A stretch of DNA of 64,000 nucleotides from an uncultured Verrucomicrobiae bacterium (GCA_963812605.1 CAWEWF010000001.1:320001-384000), one strand, 5' to 3'; counted from the first letter of the stretch, positions 10,894 through 21,847 are shown. A program made the numbers and translations. The notes: generated by a model not told the origin, from the sequence alone.

Positions 10894-12983
10894 TTACCGG
10901 TACCGTAACAACCGCATCGCATTTAGAACCACGAGGACGCTGCTGAACTGGTGGGCGATGGCGCCGCCGATCATGTGGAGGTGGCCGCTGGCGGCGGTGG
11001 TGACCATCACGACGTTGTAAACGAGCGCGAAGACCAATCCCTGCTTGATGATCTGCAGGGTGTGGCGGCTCAGGCCGACGGCGAACGCGATCTTGGAGAG
11101 GTCATCGGCCATCAGGGCGATATCGGCGGCTTCGTGGGCCACGTCGGTGCCGCCCAGGCCCATGGCGATACCGACATCGGCCACGGCGAGCGCGGGCGCG
11201 TCGTTTACGCCGTCACCGACCATGGCGACGCCGCCAATCCGTCCCTTTTGCCGCAACGATTCGATGTGCGCGGCTTTTTGCTCGGGCAACACGTCGGCTT
11301 TCACCTCGTCGAGGCCCAGTTTGCCAGCGATCTGCATGGCGACCCGCCTGTTGTCACCGGTGAGCATGACGACTTTTTCGATACCCATCTCGCGCAAATC
11401 GCGGATCGCTTCATCCGCGCGAGCGCGCACGGTGTCGGCGACGCAAATCGTGCCGCAGACTTCGCCATCGTGGGCGACGACGATGGTTGTGTGGCCTTCG
11501 TCGTGATGTTCGTCCATGTGCGTGTGGAGCGCGTCGCTCATTGCGATAGATTGATCATCCATCAATCCGGTCTGGCCGACAACGAGCCTCTGGCCATTGC
11601 GCTCGGCGACCACGCCACGGCCATGATGGGCTTCGAAGGTCGCCGGGTCCTCGGTGACGAGACCCAAGGCGGAAGCTTTGCGCATGATGGCGCGGGCGAC
11701 GGGATGGGCGCTCATCTTCTCGGCGACGGCCGCCATCTGGACGAGTTCGGCTTCGCTATGGGCGTCAAATCGGCTGATGTGCGTGACTTCCGGCTCGCCG
11801 TGGGTAAGCGTGCCGGTCTTGTCGAACACGATGGTGTGCAGGCGCGCTGTGGCTTCGAGGTATTGTCCGCCCTTGATGAGCACGCCGGCACGGGCCGCGC
11901 GGGCAATCGCGGCCATCACAGCGGTCGGCGTGGCAAGAATCAGGGCGCACGGGCAGGCCACAATCAAGACGGTAATCGCCCGCGCAACGTCGTGGGAGAA
12001 AACATAAACGAGGGCCGACAGCGTCAGCATGACGGGCACGAGCCAGCCCGCAGCGCGGTCGAGGGTCCGTTGGATCGGCGCTTCACGTTGTTGCGCCGCC
12101 TCGACAAGCTGGGCGATGCGGGCCAACGTCGTGTCTTCGCCGACGCGTCGCGCCTCAATGATCAGCGCGCCGGTCTCCGCGAGCGTGCCGACGAACACTT
12201 CGTCGCCCTCGCTGCGGTCGACCGGGCATGCTTTCGCCGGTGACGGGCGCCTGGTTGACGCAGGCCATGCCGCTCTGCACGACGCCATCGACGGGGATGC
12301 GTTCGCCCGCGCGCACCACCACGATGTCGCCCACCTGCAATTCCGTGGCGGCGACTTCTTCTTCCTTTCCCGCCGCGTCTTACGCGCGCGGTCGGCGGCA
12401 CCAGCGAGAGCAGGCTACCGAGCGAACGGCGGGCGCGGCGAATGGTGTACTCTTCAAGTTGCGCGCCGAGCAGCATGATAAAGGCGACTTCGGCCGCCGC
12501 CACGAATTCGCCAACCGATGACGCAGCGATGACGGCGATGGCCACGAGCACATCCGCGTCGAGCCGTTTTCCGAGCAACGCCTTGATGGCGCGGAGGAAG
12601 ATCGGCCAGGCAGCAAAAACCAACGCGACGATGACCAACCCGGTGGCGACGGTCGAAGGCACGAGTTTTGCCGCACCCAACGCCCAGCCAACAATTAGCA
12701 GGGCGCCGATACCAAAGACTTTGATGAGTTGGCGGCGCGCTGCGCGGTTCTCTTCGGTTTCGCGATCGCGAACAGGAAGGTGGGCGCTATATCCGGCGCG
12801 CTTGACGGCATCGATCAGGGACTGCTCGTTGGTCGCCGCGTCTTGCACGTCGACGGAAGCAGTCTTGGAGACGAAATTAACGGACGCCTTGTCCACGCCG
12901 GTCACGGCGCACAGCGCCTTCTCCACCGCCTTCGCGCAACTTGCGCAGGACATGCCGTCCACTTGTAGTTTCACCGTTTTCAT
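10894..12983 (-). CDS. heavy-metal P1B-type ATPase (CadA/ZntA-like), frameshifts near 12225-12400
   Basis: HMA motif GMSCASC, TGES, CPCALILATP, DKTGTLT, HP, MVGDGVNDAPALA. Confidence 0.93.
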
Positions 12984-13080
12984 CGCGTTCCAGCATCGTA
13001 AGGATAGTCCGCCTCGCGGGAAATGTCGAGGGGGCGCCGGTAGTGTCTTAATTTGCCGCATCGCTCATCGTTCGTGTTTT

Positions 13081-13106
13081 GTAGCCGAAGCTTACGCTTC
13101 GGCTAC
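13081..13106. repeat. GTAG REP-like perfect hairpin
   Basis: GTAGCCGAAGC-ttac-GCTTCGGCTAC. Confidence 0.7.
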
Positions 13107-13159
13107 GAGTTGGCGGATGCAAATTAAGACATCACTCCGGTACAGCATGAATGCGAGCC

Positions 13160-13186
13160 AGATGCTTCGCTGCGCTCAACATGACA
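13160..13186. repeat. single REP half, same family as 46867-46949
   Basis: AGATGCTTCGCTGCGCTCAACATGACA resembles AGATTCTTCGCTTCGCTCAGAATGACA. Confidence 0.7.
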
Positions 13187-13209
13187 GATTGCGGAGAGTT
13201 ATTTTGGGT

Positions 13210-14004
13210 TTACCCGCGAGTGCGGGCGATGTGGGCCAGCGTTGTGTGTGGCGTTTCGGCAGGGACCTGGTCGGCGGCGTCACGGGCGAAGGGAGTGCCG
13301 TCGAAAATGGCCTGGCGGGCGGCGAAAAAGTTCCGCCACGAATCCTGGAGGAATTCACTCGCGGAACTTCCCAGCGCCGCGAAGGCCTGGCGATGGTCCC
13401 AGGCCACGATGGTGCTGGCCGTCGCAAACATTGTGGAGAGCACAACCCAGCCGCCGGCTCGGATCGGCCAGCATCGCGGCGCGATCACCTGGTGCAGGCG
13501 TTCGCAGTGAAACCGCACGTGGAATTTTTCGTCGGCGAGGATCTGTTCGCAGACGATTTCCAGCACGGGCGCGCCGCACCGCTGGCGAATGACGCCGTAA
13601 TATTTCAGCGCGATGATTTCCGCCATCAACAGGACCGCGATCTCCTCGTAAAACCCCAGCAGATGACGGCACCGCCGAAAGAGCGAATCCGTCCAATGGC
13701 GGGGCAGGAGCGGGGCCTGCATTTGCTGGAGGACGCGGGCGAGGAGGCGGGAATGTTCCTGCTCCTCGGCGATGAACAGGGCGATGGTGCGGGGATAAAA
13801 CGGATCGCCGGTTCTTTCGGAAAGCTGTCGCGCCGCGGCCAGCAGGCGCGTGCCATTCGAGCTTTCGCCCAATTGGAATCGGGCGAGCGAGCGCGCCAGC
13901 GGCCCGCGCAGGTGCGAGTCAAGCGAGATGCCTTCGTGCCAGGCGATGCCGCGGCGGTCGAGTTGGTTTTGGCGGAAGTAAGCGAGCCAGTCGGCGGTAT
14001 TCAT
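13210..14004 (-). CDS. ferritin-like domain protein
   Basis: FQLGES, EEQEH, EIIALKYY and DEKFH diiron-type ExxH motifs. Confidence 0.75.
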   Translation of the reverse strand: MNTADWLAYFRQNQLDRRGIAWHEGISLDSHLRGPLARSLARFQLGESSNGTRLLAAARQLSERTGDPFYPRTIALFIAEEQEHSRLLARVLQQMQAPLLPRHWTDSLFRRCRHLLGFYEEIAVLLMAEIIALKYYGVIRQRCGAPVLEIVCEQILADEKFHVRFHCERLHQVIAPRCWPIRAGGWVVLSTMFATASTIVAWDHRQAFAALGSSASEFLQDSWRNFFAARQAIFDGTPFARDAADQVPAETPHTTLAHIARTRG

Positions 14005-14065
14005 CGTAATCCTTTTTGCTTTGCGTTGCAAAGTATGCAGACATAAAAAAACAAGGCCGCCGCCA

Positions 14066-14410
14066 TCAGCGATGGCGCTTCACGATGTGTTCCAAGCCTT
14101 CCAGATAACGCGCGAATGCCTGTCGACCGGCGGCGGAAAGCGATATCGCGGTGGTCGGCTTGTTCGGGTTGCCGATTTTGCGCAAGCGGACCAGGCCCGC
14201 CTGTTCGAGCGCGCGCAGGTGCGCGGCGAGATTGCCGTCGGTGAGCCGCAGCCCGTCGCGCAATTCCGTGAAGGAAAGCGATTCGTTGGCGGCGAGGACG
14301 GACATGATGGCGAGGCGCGCTTTGGTGTGGATGGCCGGTTCCAGTTTGTCGAAAGCGGCGCGATCGACCGCCAGTTTTGTTGGATTCAATTTGCCGGGTT
14401 TGTCCGCCAT
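14066..14410 (-). CDS. winged-helix transcriptional regulator (ArsR/MarR-like)
   Basis: IHTKARLAIMSVL...SFTELRDGLRLTDGNLAAHLRALEQAG. Confidence 0.88.
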   Translation of the reverse strand: MADKPGKLNPTKLAVDRAAFDKLEPAIHTKARLAIMSVLAANESLSFTELRDGLRLTDGNLAAHLRALEQAGLVRLRKIGNPNKPTTAISLSAAGRQAFARYLEGLEHIVKRHR

Positions 14411-14421
14411 GGTGATTGCTC

Positions 14422-15066
14422 CTAATCCGTCGCACTCGCGACTGCAAGGCGTTCTATTTGCCTCCAAAACGCACGGGTCCGCGCTTCGCGTCCCTCGGCG
14501 ACCAGGACGGCAACGCCAAAGCCGACGTGGGTGGCGCCAAAGCCAATCGCCATCGTCAATACCGGGTGACCGGGAAGCGCCATCAGGCTAACGGTGCCAA
14601 TCGCCAGGCAGGTTGCGCCCAACCAGGCGATGGAACGCGGCGCAAAGAAGCTGGTCGCAAGCGCGCCGCAACCGTAGAGCAGCAACCAGAGTCCCGGCAG
14701 TAGATCGAGTCGATCCAGACGCCACATTAAAACGGTGATCGCCAGGCTGACGCCAAAACTCGGGAGCACAGCCAGCAGAACGGTGCGCGCCTGGCGCGAC
14801 CAGACGGGCTCACCGCGTTGCCGGGCGCGCCCAAACGTGACCAGCAAATGACCGGCGAACGCAACGGCAAAAACCGCGCTCCAAACCACCGCGAAATCGA
14901 GGCGCGGGCCAAAAGGCAGGAGCTTCAAGCCGAGTGTCGCGCAGCCAACAAGGGCTGCGCCGCCCGCCAGCAAGCCCGAATATCCCGAGAGGTGTTCGTA
15001 CCGTTGGCTGCGGTCCATCAGAGTGCGAATGGTTTCGAGCGTATGTTCGGCGTGTTCCAGTTGCAT
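14422..15066 (-). CDS. hypothetical six-TM membrane protein
   Basis: AEHTLETIRTLMDRS...LSGYSG then several hydrophobic segments; first gene of a three-gene operon. Confidence 0.75.
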   Translation of the reverse strand: MQLEHAEHTLETIRTLMDRSQRYEHLSGYSGLLAGGAALVGCATLGLKLLPFGPRLDFAVVWSAVFAVAFAGHLLVTFGRARQRGEPVWSRQARTVLLAVLPSFGVSLAITVLMWRLDRLDLLPGLWLLLYGCGALATSFFAPRSIAWLGATCLAIGTVSLMALPGHPVLTMAIGFGATHVGFGVAVLVAEGREARTRAFWRQIERLAVASATD

Positions 15067-15261
15067 GACGGCACAATATCCTTTCTGCTTTGTGACACAA
15101 AGAACAATCCGGCGTTCAAATTCTTCGCTCTTCCTTGCAGGATGAGCAACGGTGTAACGGTGGAGATGGTTATGCAAGACATTGGCCGGCAACAACAACG
15201 GTTGGCTTGACGTTTGTTGGGCCGGGGATGACAATATCATGCAGCGCGCTACGAGGTGCGG

Positions 15262-15411
15262 ATGGTTTCGAAGTACAACGTCACAGTCCAATACAACACC
15301 TATCTTACCAAACCCGTGCAGTTTGACGACTGCCTGAAGTTGGTTGAGGAAATCCAGCAATACTGGCCGCACATCTCGAAGCTGCCCCCGAAAAACAAGA
15401 CGGTCCCATGA
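15262..15411 (+). pseudogene. C-terminal remnant of an Rcp1-like receiver domain (49-codon ORF)
   Basis: NTYLTKPVQFDDCLKLVEEIQQYW..ISKLP; its stop overlaps the next ATG (ATGA). Confidence 0.65.
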
Positions 15412-16645
15412 ACGCCGCGCCCATACCCCTGCTGGTTGTCGAGGACAGTCCGATGTATGCGGAGGTCCTGCAGCGGCTGCTCCCCACGCTGGGCGATGAT
15501 TTGCAATTCGCGCCCAAATGGGTGGAGACCGCTGAGAAGGCCATTGAGGAGATTTCCCGGGGGAACTACACCCTCGTGCTTCTCGATTACAAACTGCCCG
15601 GCGCCGATGGCTTGAGCGTGCTGACCCACATCCGCAGCCTGCCGACGCCGCGCCAGCCTGCGGTGATCGTGCTGACCGGGATGGGCAACGAAGCGATCGC
15701 CGTCGAGGCCATGAAGTGCGGGGCGAAAGATTACCTGCCGAAGGACAATCTGGACGCGCCCTCGCTGTTGCGCGCGATCACCAGCGCGCTCGAACGCAAG
15801 CGGCTCGAGGAACAGGTCGCCCGTTACATGGGCGAGTTGTGCGAGAAGAACACGCAAATGGAAACCGACCTGAACCTGGCGCGCGAAATCCAGCAGGCCT
15901 TCCTTCCCCATCGTTACCCGACGTTTCCGCGGGACGCCATTGCGCCGGAGAGCGCGTTGCATTTCCGTCACCGCTATCACCCGACGGGCGCGGTGGGTGG
16001 AGATTTTTTCGATGTACTCCCGATTTCCGACACGGAAGCCGGGGTGTTGATTTGCAACGTCATGGGCCACGGCGTCCGCGCCGCGCTGGTGACCGCGATG
16101 CTGCGCGCACTGGCAGAAGAATTGATGCCCGTAGCGGCGGAACCGGTCAGCTTCCTGACAGAGATCAACCATCGCCTGCTCGCGATCCTGGCGCAGACTC
16201 GCAGCCCGATGTTTGCGTCGGCGTTCTACGTGGTGATCGACCTCGCACGCGGTGAATTGCGCTACTCCAATGCAGGCCATCCGAATCCGCTGTTGGTGCG
16301 ACGCAGCGCGGGCGTGGTCGAGTCCCTGGATTGCCCGGGCAGCCGGCGGGGCCGGCGCTGGGTGTGTTCGAAGAATCGGTGTATCCCCTTTGCCGGAAAA
16401 CACTCGCGCGGCATGACCTGATCGTGCTTTTCACGGATGGCTTATACGAGGTGGAAGACCCTGATGGCCAAGAATACGGCCAGGATCGATTATTGGCAGC
16501 GATTCGGCAACGAATCGATTTGCCGGTTGACCAGCTCTTCGACGAGTTGTTGGCGGGTATCCAACTGTATGCCGGCAAGCAGGATTTTGTGGACGATGTC
16601 TGCATCGTCGGCGCGGAGGCCGTTCGCGTGGGCTCGCCCGAATGA
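15408..16645 (+). CDS. receiver domain + PP2C/SpoIIE phosphatase (RsbU/RsbP-like), frameshift near 16348
   Basis: LVVEDS, LLDYKLP, DYLPK; GGDFF, CNVMGHG, NAGHP, FTDGL, DDV. Confidence 0.9.
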
Positions 16646-16659
16646 GGTCTTGTCCACGC

Positions 16660-17376
16660 ATGGGCCGTTTTCGTGTTGCAGTGCAACGATTGGTATTCGC
16701 CGCGTTGATCGGATTCGCCGCTCACCGGGCGGTCGCGGCGGAGTCGAATGTGGTTTCCCTGTCCCAGACCAGCGAACTGGCGCGCGCAGGTTCGGTCATC
16801 AACCTGCCCGGGCTGACCATTCACGGCGGTGATCATCGATTTATCGAAGCCCGGGGACGGTTCGCGCTTACCGACGGCATTTTGGAATTCATCGCCGTGG
16901 AACCACATGGACGCGATTACGAGAGCCTGCTGACGCTCGACTGCAAACCGTCGGAACTGCAATTCGCCCTGATCCTCATCGGGTGCGAGTCGGGCGCGGT
17001 CCCGCAACAAGCCAAAGCCGGCCAAAAAATCGGTGATCGTCTGCAACTGGAGGTCGAATGGGAGGTCGGTGGCAAGACGACGCGGGTTGCCGTGGATAAA
17101 CTGCTCCTCGATCGGCGCACAAAAAAAATGCCGGCGAGCGTGCCCTGGATTTTTAGCGGTTCGTATTTTGTGAAGGACTTCGACGGCCGCGAGGTTTTCA
17201 TGGCGGATGCCGAGCAGGCGTTTGTCGCTTTGTGGTGGAGTTCTTCCGTGCTCATCAACGTTGGCGGCGAGTACGGCAACCCCTACCGGGGGGAGAACCA
17301 GGGTTTCGAGGTGAACAAAGCCGCTGTCCCGCCCACCGGCACGCTGGTAAGGTTGATCCTGCGCCGGGCGATGTGA
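16660..17376 (+). CDS. secreted YdjY-like domain protein
   Basis: Signal-like N-terminus, LEFIAV...YESLL...KPSELQFALILIG, WIFSGS, PPTGTLVRL. Confidence 0.65.
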   Translation: MGRFRVAVQRLVFAALIGFAAHRAVAAESNVVSLSQTSELARAGSVINLPGLTIHGGDHRFIEARGRFALTDGILEFIAVEPHGRDYESLLTLDCKPSELQFALILIGCESGAVPQQAKAGQKIGDRLQLEVEWEVGGKTTRVAVDKLLLDRRTKKMPASVPWIFSGSYFVKDFDGREVFMADAEQAFVALWWSSSVLINVGGEYGNPYRGENQGFEVNKAAVPPTGTLVRLILRRAM

Positions 17377-17387
17377 GGCTTTTTCGT

Positions 17388-18806
17388 TCAGTTTGGTTCG
17401 CTGACCCGAATGAAAACCGGCCCGGTCACGGTGATGGCGACCGTGGAGGAATCGACAAGCCTGGTCTCGAGCAGGAAGCCCAAACGCTCGCTGAACGCTT
17501 TTACCAGCGACAGTCCCAACCCGCTATGCTCCGGATCGGAACGCGCGCCATCCCTGCGCCAGAATCGCTCCGCGAAGTGTGACACATCCTCCGGGGTGAG
17601 ATCGCTGCAAGTATTGGTCACCTGCAAGATGAATTGGGTTTTTCCCACTTGAGTCTTGATACGCACGGTCCCGCCGCAGGGCGTGTATTCCACCGCGTTG
17701 TCCACGAGATTGGTGAAGATGGAGCGAAATAATACCGGGTCGGTTTCGATTTCGGCCTGGTCCGTCACGGTTCGGGTGACTTTCAATTGTTTGCCAGCCG
17801 CGCGCTCGCCGAAAGGTCGCCAGACGCTCTCAATCAAAGGCGCGAGACGCACCGGTTCGGTCACGATCGGCAACTTTTCGCGCTCGCTTCGCAGCAGAGC
17901 CAGAAGGCGGGTGACGACGCCCTGCATCTGCACGGCGATCGCCAGGGTTTCGCGGTCGGTGGTCGCGTCGCGGGTTTCGGGCCATTTCAGCGCAATTTCC
18001 GCCAGAGCGCGCAACTCGGCGATGGGTGTGCGGATTTCATGGGCCAGATCCGCGCTGAAGCGACGCTCCCGTTCGAAGGATTGTTCCAGACGGGCGAGCA
18101 GGCCGTTCAACCGCCGGCTGATGGGCATTAGTTCGCCCGGCAGTGAAGCGATGGGAAAGCGGACGGCGAGCGAGTCAGCGTTGATACGGCTGGCCTGCTC
18201 GGCGAGCGCGTCCAAAGGGGCCAACTCGCGGCGCAACAGCCGCGGCACCGCCACGACGGTAACGACCAACAACCCCGCGCCGCAGCCGAGCAGGGCAAAC
18301 GCGAGTGCGGTGAGGGTTTCATCCAACTCGTGACGATCGGCGGCCACGACGAGAACGATTTCATCTGGCGCGGACGAAAGGTGTTCCTCCCGCCCGATCC
18401 GCGGCGCGAACTTGAATCCGATGGCACGACCGGGGGAACCGGAGGGCAACGTCACGTTCCAGAACTTCGGCTTGTTGAACGTGCCGAAGAGGGGCGGCAG
18501 GCCGGAGGCCGGGACCGACGCCGAGCGTTTTAGTATTGTGCCATCCGTGCGCCATATCTGGAAAAAACCCGGGGCATCATCCTCGTCGGATTCACGCATG
18601 AACGAATCGGTGGCCTCCACTTCAACTTGTCCGCCTTTCCACCGGGTGACCGTCGTGATGGCCAACGCCCGGGTATGGAGCGTCGCGTCGAATTCCTCGA
18701 GTAATGCGGCGCGGGTGGAAAGAAAGACGGCAATTCCCCCAACGACGAGCGGCAGGACAAAGGCGAGCAAGAGCTTCCAGGTGAGCTGCCGGCGGATGGT
18801 CCTCAT
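17388..18806 (-). CDS. sensor histidine kinase (HAMP)
   Basis: Two TMs, ERRFSADLAHEIRTP, NLVDNAVEYT, GLGLSLV. Confidence 0.95.
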   Translation of the reverse strand: MRTIRRQLTWKLLLAFVLPLVVGGIAVFLSTRAALLEEFDATLHTRALAITTVTRWKGGQVEVEATDSFMRESDEDDAPGFFQIWRTDGTILKRSASVPASGLPPLFGTFNKPKFWNVTLPSGSPGRAIGFKFAPRIGREEHLSSAPDEIVLVVAADRHELDETLTALAFALLGCGAGLLVVTVVAVPRLLRRELAPLDALAEQASRINADSLAVRFPIASLPGELMPISRRLNGLLARLEQSFERERRFSADLAHEIRTPIAELRALAEIALKWPETRDATTDRETLAIAVQMQGVVTRLLALLRSEREKLPIVTEPVRLAPLIESVWRPFGERAAGKQLKVTRTVTDQAEIETDPVLFRSIFTNLVDNAVEYTPCGGTVRIKTQVGKTQFILQVTNTCSDLTPEDVSHFAERFWRRDGARSDPEHSGLGLSLVKAFSERLGFLLETRLVDSSTVAITVTGPVFIRVSEPN

Positions 18807-19480
18807 TCCGGTTCCGTCTTCAAGACGTACCCCAGCCCGTGCCGTGTATGGATGAGCGGAGCCGGGTTGGGCGCGCCGATTTTTTTACGCAACGAGCACA
18901 CGGCGGACTCAACCACATTGCTCATCGGATCCGCGCGGTCGTCGTAAATGTGCGATTCGATCTCGTCGCGGGTGACCACCTGGCCGGACCGGCGAGCGAG
19001 GTATTCCAAGAGTAAATACTCGCGGGGTTTTAACTTCACTGGCTGGCCGGCCCGGAACACTTCCTTGGCGATCGTGTCAATCTCGAGATCGTCGATGACG
19101 AGGCGGGTTTGCTTGCTGCCATAGGCGCGTCGGCAAAGGGCCTCGACGCGAGCGAGCAGCTCTTCCAAGGCGAACGGTTTGACGAGATAATCGTCAGCCC
19201 CAAGTTGGAGTCCCTGCACGCGGTCTTCCACGGTGTCCCTCGCAGTGAGGAGCAGGACGTGGGTTCCCTGGCCCTTCTGTCGGAGCCGCTGCAACAAGGA
19301 GAGCCCATCGAGTTTCGGGAGCATGATATCCAGCACGATTACGTCGTAGTCGTTTGATTCCGCCTGCCAGAGTCCCTCTTCGCCGTTGCCGACGACATCA
19401 ACGGCATAGCCAGCCTTGCGCAAGGCGCGGCCCACGGACATCTGAAGCCGCGCGGAATCCTCGACAAGCAGCACCTTCAT
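18803..19480 (-). CDS. OmpR-family response regulator
   Basis: VLLVED, LDIMLP, GADDYLVKPF, C-terminal IHTRHGLGY. Confidence 0.96.
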   Translation of the reverse strand: MKVLLVEDSARLQMSVGRALRKAGYAVDVVGNGEEGLWQAESNDYDVIVLDIMLPKLDGLSLLQRLRQKGQGTHVLLLTARDTVEDRVQGLQLGADDYLVKPFALEELLARVEALCRRAYGSKQTRLVIDDLEIDTIAKEVFRAGQPVKLKPREYLLLEYLARRSGQVVTRDEIESHIYDDRADPMSNVVESAVCSLRKKIGAPNPAPLIHTRHGLGYVLKTEPE

Positions 19481-19567
19481 GGCGACATCTTACCAAAAAG
19501 GACAAGGTTCTGAGGCGTCCTTCTCGCCCCAGAACCTGTCCGGAATGTGCGGCCTGATCCGCGGGGT

Positions 19568-20086
19568 TTAATCCTTGTTGCCGTGCTCCTCGTTTTTTTC
19601 CTGATCTTCGTCTTCCTCGATTTTGCCGTCGGCGGAGATATCGGCTTCCTTCTTTTTTCCATTGATGGTCACGGAAACCTCGTACGACTTCTTGCTGCCC
19701 GCGGTTTCTTCGGTGATTTCGTTGACGGCGCCGTTGTCGGCCAATTTCTTTGCGGCGGCCTGGACGGCACCGGGGGCGTCGTTCAGGGCGATATCCTTCT
19801 CGGTTTGTTTTACGGTCCCGTTCGGGAGCACTTCAACGGCGTTTTTGACGCCCGCGATTTTGACGGTAGCCTCATACACGTCCGTGTTGTCTTCCGATTC
19901 CTTCGTGATCTTCTCGATGGGGTTGCTTCCCGCGAATTGCTTGATCGCCGCCTGCACAGCGGCGGGGACGTCCGTAATGGCCAATGTTGTCTTTGTTTTT
20001 TCTGATTCGTCGGCGGACGCCCTGATGGCGAGACCCGCGGCAAAGGCGAGAGCTGCGATTCCTGAAGCGATGTACCTGAGTTGCAT
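19568..20086 (-). CDS. secreted PepSY-like domain protein
   Basis: Signal peptide and two repeats of the P.AVQAA...I.EI..E....YE...(D/N)G.(V/I) unit; upstream of the RR-HK pair. Confidence 0.75.
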   Translation of the reverse strand: MQLRYIASGIAALAFAAGLAIRASADESEKTKTTLAITDVPAAVQAAIKQFAGSNPIEKITKESEDNTDVYEATVKIAGVKNAVEVLPNGTVKQTEKDIALNDAPGAVQAAAKKLADNGAVNEITEETAGSKKSYEVSVTINGKKKEADISADGKIEEDEDQEKNEEHGNKD

Positions 20087-20289
20087 GTTGAAATGATCTC
20101 CTATTTGGAATAGCTGAGTTTCGCGGCTGAACCGCGAGCTGGCACCCTGGCCAACTACGGGGCAGACTGCCACAGATGAGATTACCGGAAGGTTACGGAG
20201 AGAAAGATCTTCTGAGTCTTGTGGGGTAGGTTGCAGAGGAAGGCTTCATTTCCGACGCGCCATGGAGTATCACTTTGCAAGGTGGGCCG

Positions 20290-20775
20290 ATGAGCAATCA
20301 GTGGATATTGGTGGATGGGTATAGTGTGCTGCATGCGTGGCCGCGGTTTGCCACGCGGAAGGCGCGACAGTTGTCGCTGCAGCAACGGCGGGAAATGCTG
20401 GTGGGGGTCTTGCGGCAGTACGCGGACCACAGCCGGCGGCGCGTGACGGTAGTATTCGATGCCTATGCGGCGAAACACAAGGCCGAGGGGAAGGAGCCCA
20501 CGCACGGGGTCGAAGTTTTATTTTCGGAGCGCGGCAAGACCGCCGATGACGTGATTGAACGGCTGGTGGGTCAGACCGCGGACAAGGGGAAAATCCTGGT
20601 GGTGACATCGGATAATGCGGAGCGGCAGACGGTGGAGGCCATGGGGGCGCATACGACGTCGGCGGAAGTCTTCGAGGCGGATGTGGAGGCGGTCTTACGG
20701 GAACTGGCGGGGATGGTGCGATTACATACACGGCGGCGGTCGATTGGCCCGCGGCAGGGCGATTGGGAGGCATAA
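20290..20775 (+). CDS. NYN-domain ribonuclease (YacP/Rae1-like)
   Basis: ILVDGYS, VVFDA, TADDVIE, VVTSD. Confidence 0.88.
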   Translation: MSNQWILVDGYSVLHAWPRFATRKARQLSLQQRREMLVGVLRQYADHSRRRVTVVFDAYAAKHKAEGKEPTHGVEVLFSERGKTADDVIERLVGQTADKGKILVVTSDNAERQTVEAMGAHTTSAEVFEADVEAVLRELAGMVRLHTRRRSIGPRQGDWEA

Positions 20776-20873
20776 GTAATTCACCCTGAAGGCGTGGTTG
20801 ACACGGAAGCCGAAATCTGGCTAGGATGTCGCGTGCTTTTCTGGAGAAGATTCTGGACGGAGGAAGCCGCGTT

Positions 20874-21651
20874 ATGAATAAACTTGGAAAAATCGCCCCT
20901 ATCATTGCCATTCTCGCTTGTCTCGGATCGCTCTTTTTTGCCTACCAGCTTTCCGTCGACAAGAAAAACAAGCAGGCCCAGATCGCCGACTTGAACGACA
21001 AGGTGAACACGGCGAACGCCGATCTCGCGAAGACCAAGTCGGCGCTCAAGCTGGCGCAGAACGACCTGACGCAAAGCAAGAACGACCTGGCCAAGGCCTC
21101 CGCGGATCTTCAGGCCACCAAAGTCGCGCTCGACCAGAAGACGCAGGAAGCTGACGGCTTGAAGACGCAAATGGCGGACAAGGACCAACAATTGCAGACA
21201 GCGAAAACGGATTTGGCGATCGGCGCAGGATACGCTGAAGAAGATTACCGGATGGGTTGAAGAAAGTCGGGTATTGAGGACATCGACAATATTGGCAAGC
21301 TCAGCGACAAGGTCGTCGTCCCTGGGGGATGAGAATAAGGTTCTGGGCCAGGAGCTTTCAACGTTGCACGCGGAAAACCAGCAACTGAAGGACAAGGTGG
21401 AATACCTGACCACGACGCCCGTCGGATTGCGCGGCCATGTCACCGTGGTACAGGAGAAATGGGGCTTCCTCGTGCTCGATATCGGCCAGGCGCAGCGCGT
21501 CCAGCCGAACGCGGAGTTCCTCGTGTACCGCGACACCAAGTTGGTCGGCAAAGTGCAAATTGTTTCCGTTGCGGCCAACAACAGCATCGCCCAGATTTTG
21601 CCGGAATACCAACGCAGCACCCCTGCCGTGGGCGACCTCATCATCCACTAA
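20874..21651 (+). CDS. membrane-anchored coiled-coil protein with C-terminal beta domain, frameshift near 21227
   Basis: N-terminal TM, long heptad run, then GLRGHVTVVQEKWGFLVLDIG...VGDLI. Confidence 0.7.
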
Positions 21652-21667
21652 GCGAGACGGAAATTCG

Positions 21668-21847
21668 GTGAATGCGATCCGAAGCGTTTTCCTCAAGGCA
21701 CTGTTGGCAGGCGCTGTGGTGTTCTTGAGTGGATGCGCCACTTCGCAACCGGACAATGTCAGCTCGATTCCCTGGAATCGGCCACAGGATTGGGAAGGCG
21801 GCGGCGCGATGGGTGGATTCCGGCCGCCGGGCACGCCCGGCTATTGA
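21668..21847 (+). CDS. small lipoprotein (59 aa)
   Basis: GTG start, lipobox LSGC, SSIPWNRPQDWEGGG. Confidence 0.7.
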   Translation: MNAIRSVFLKALLAGAVVFLSGCATSQPDNVSSIPWNRPQDWEGGGAMGGFRPPGTPGY

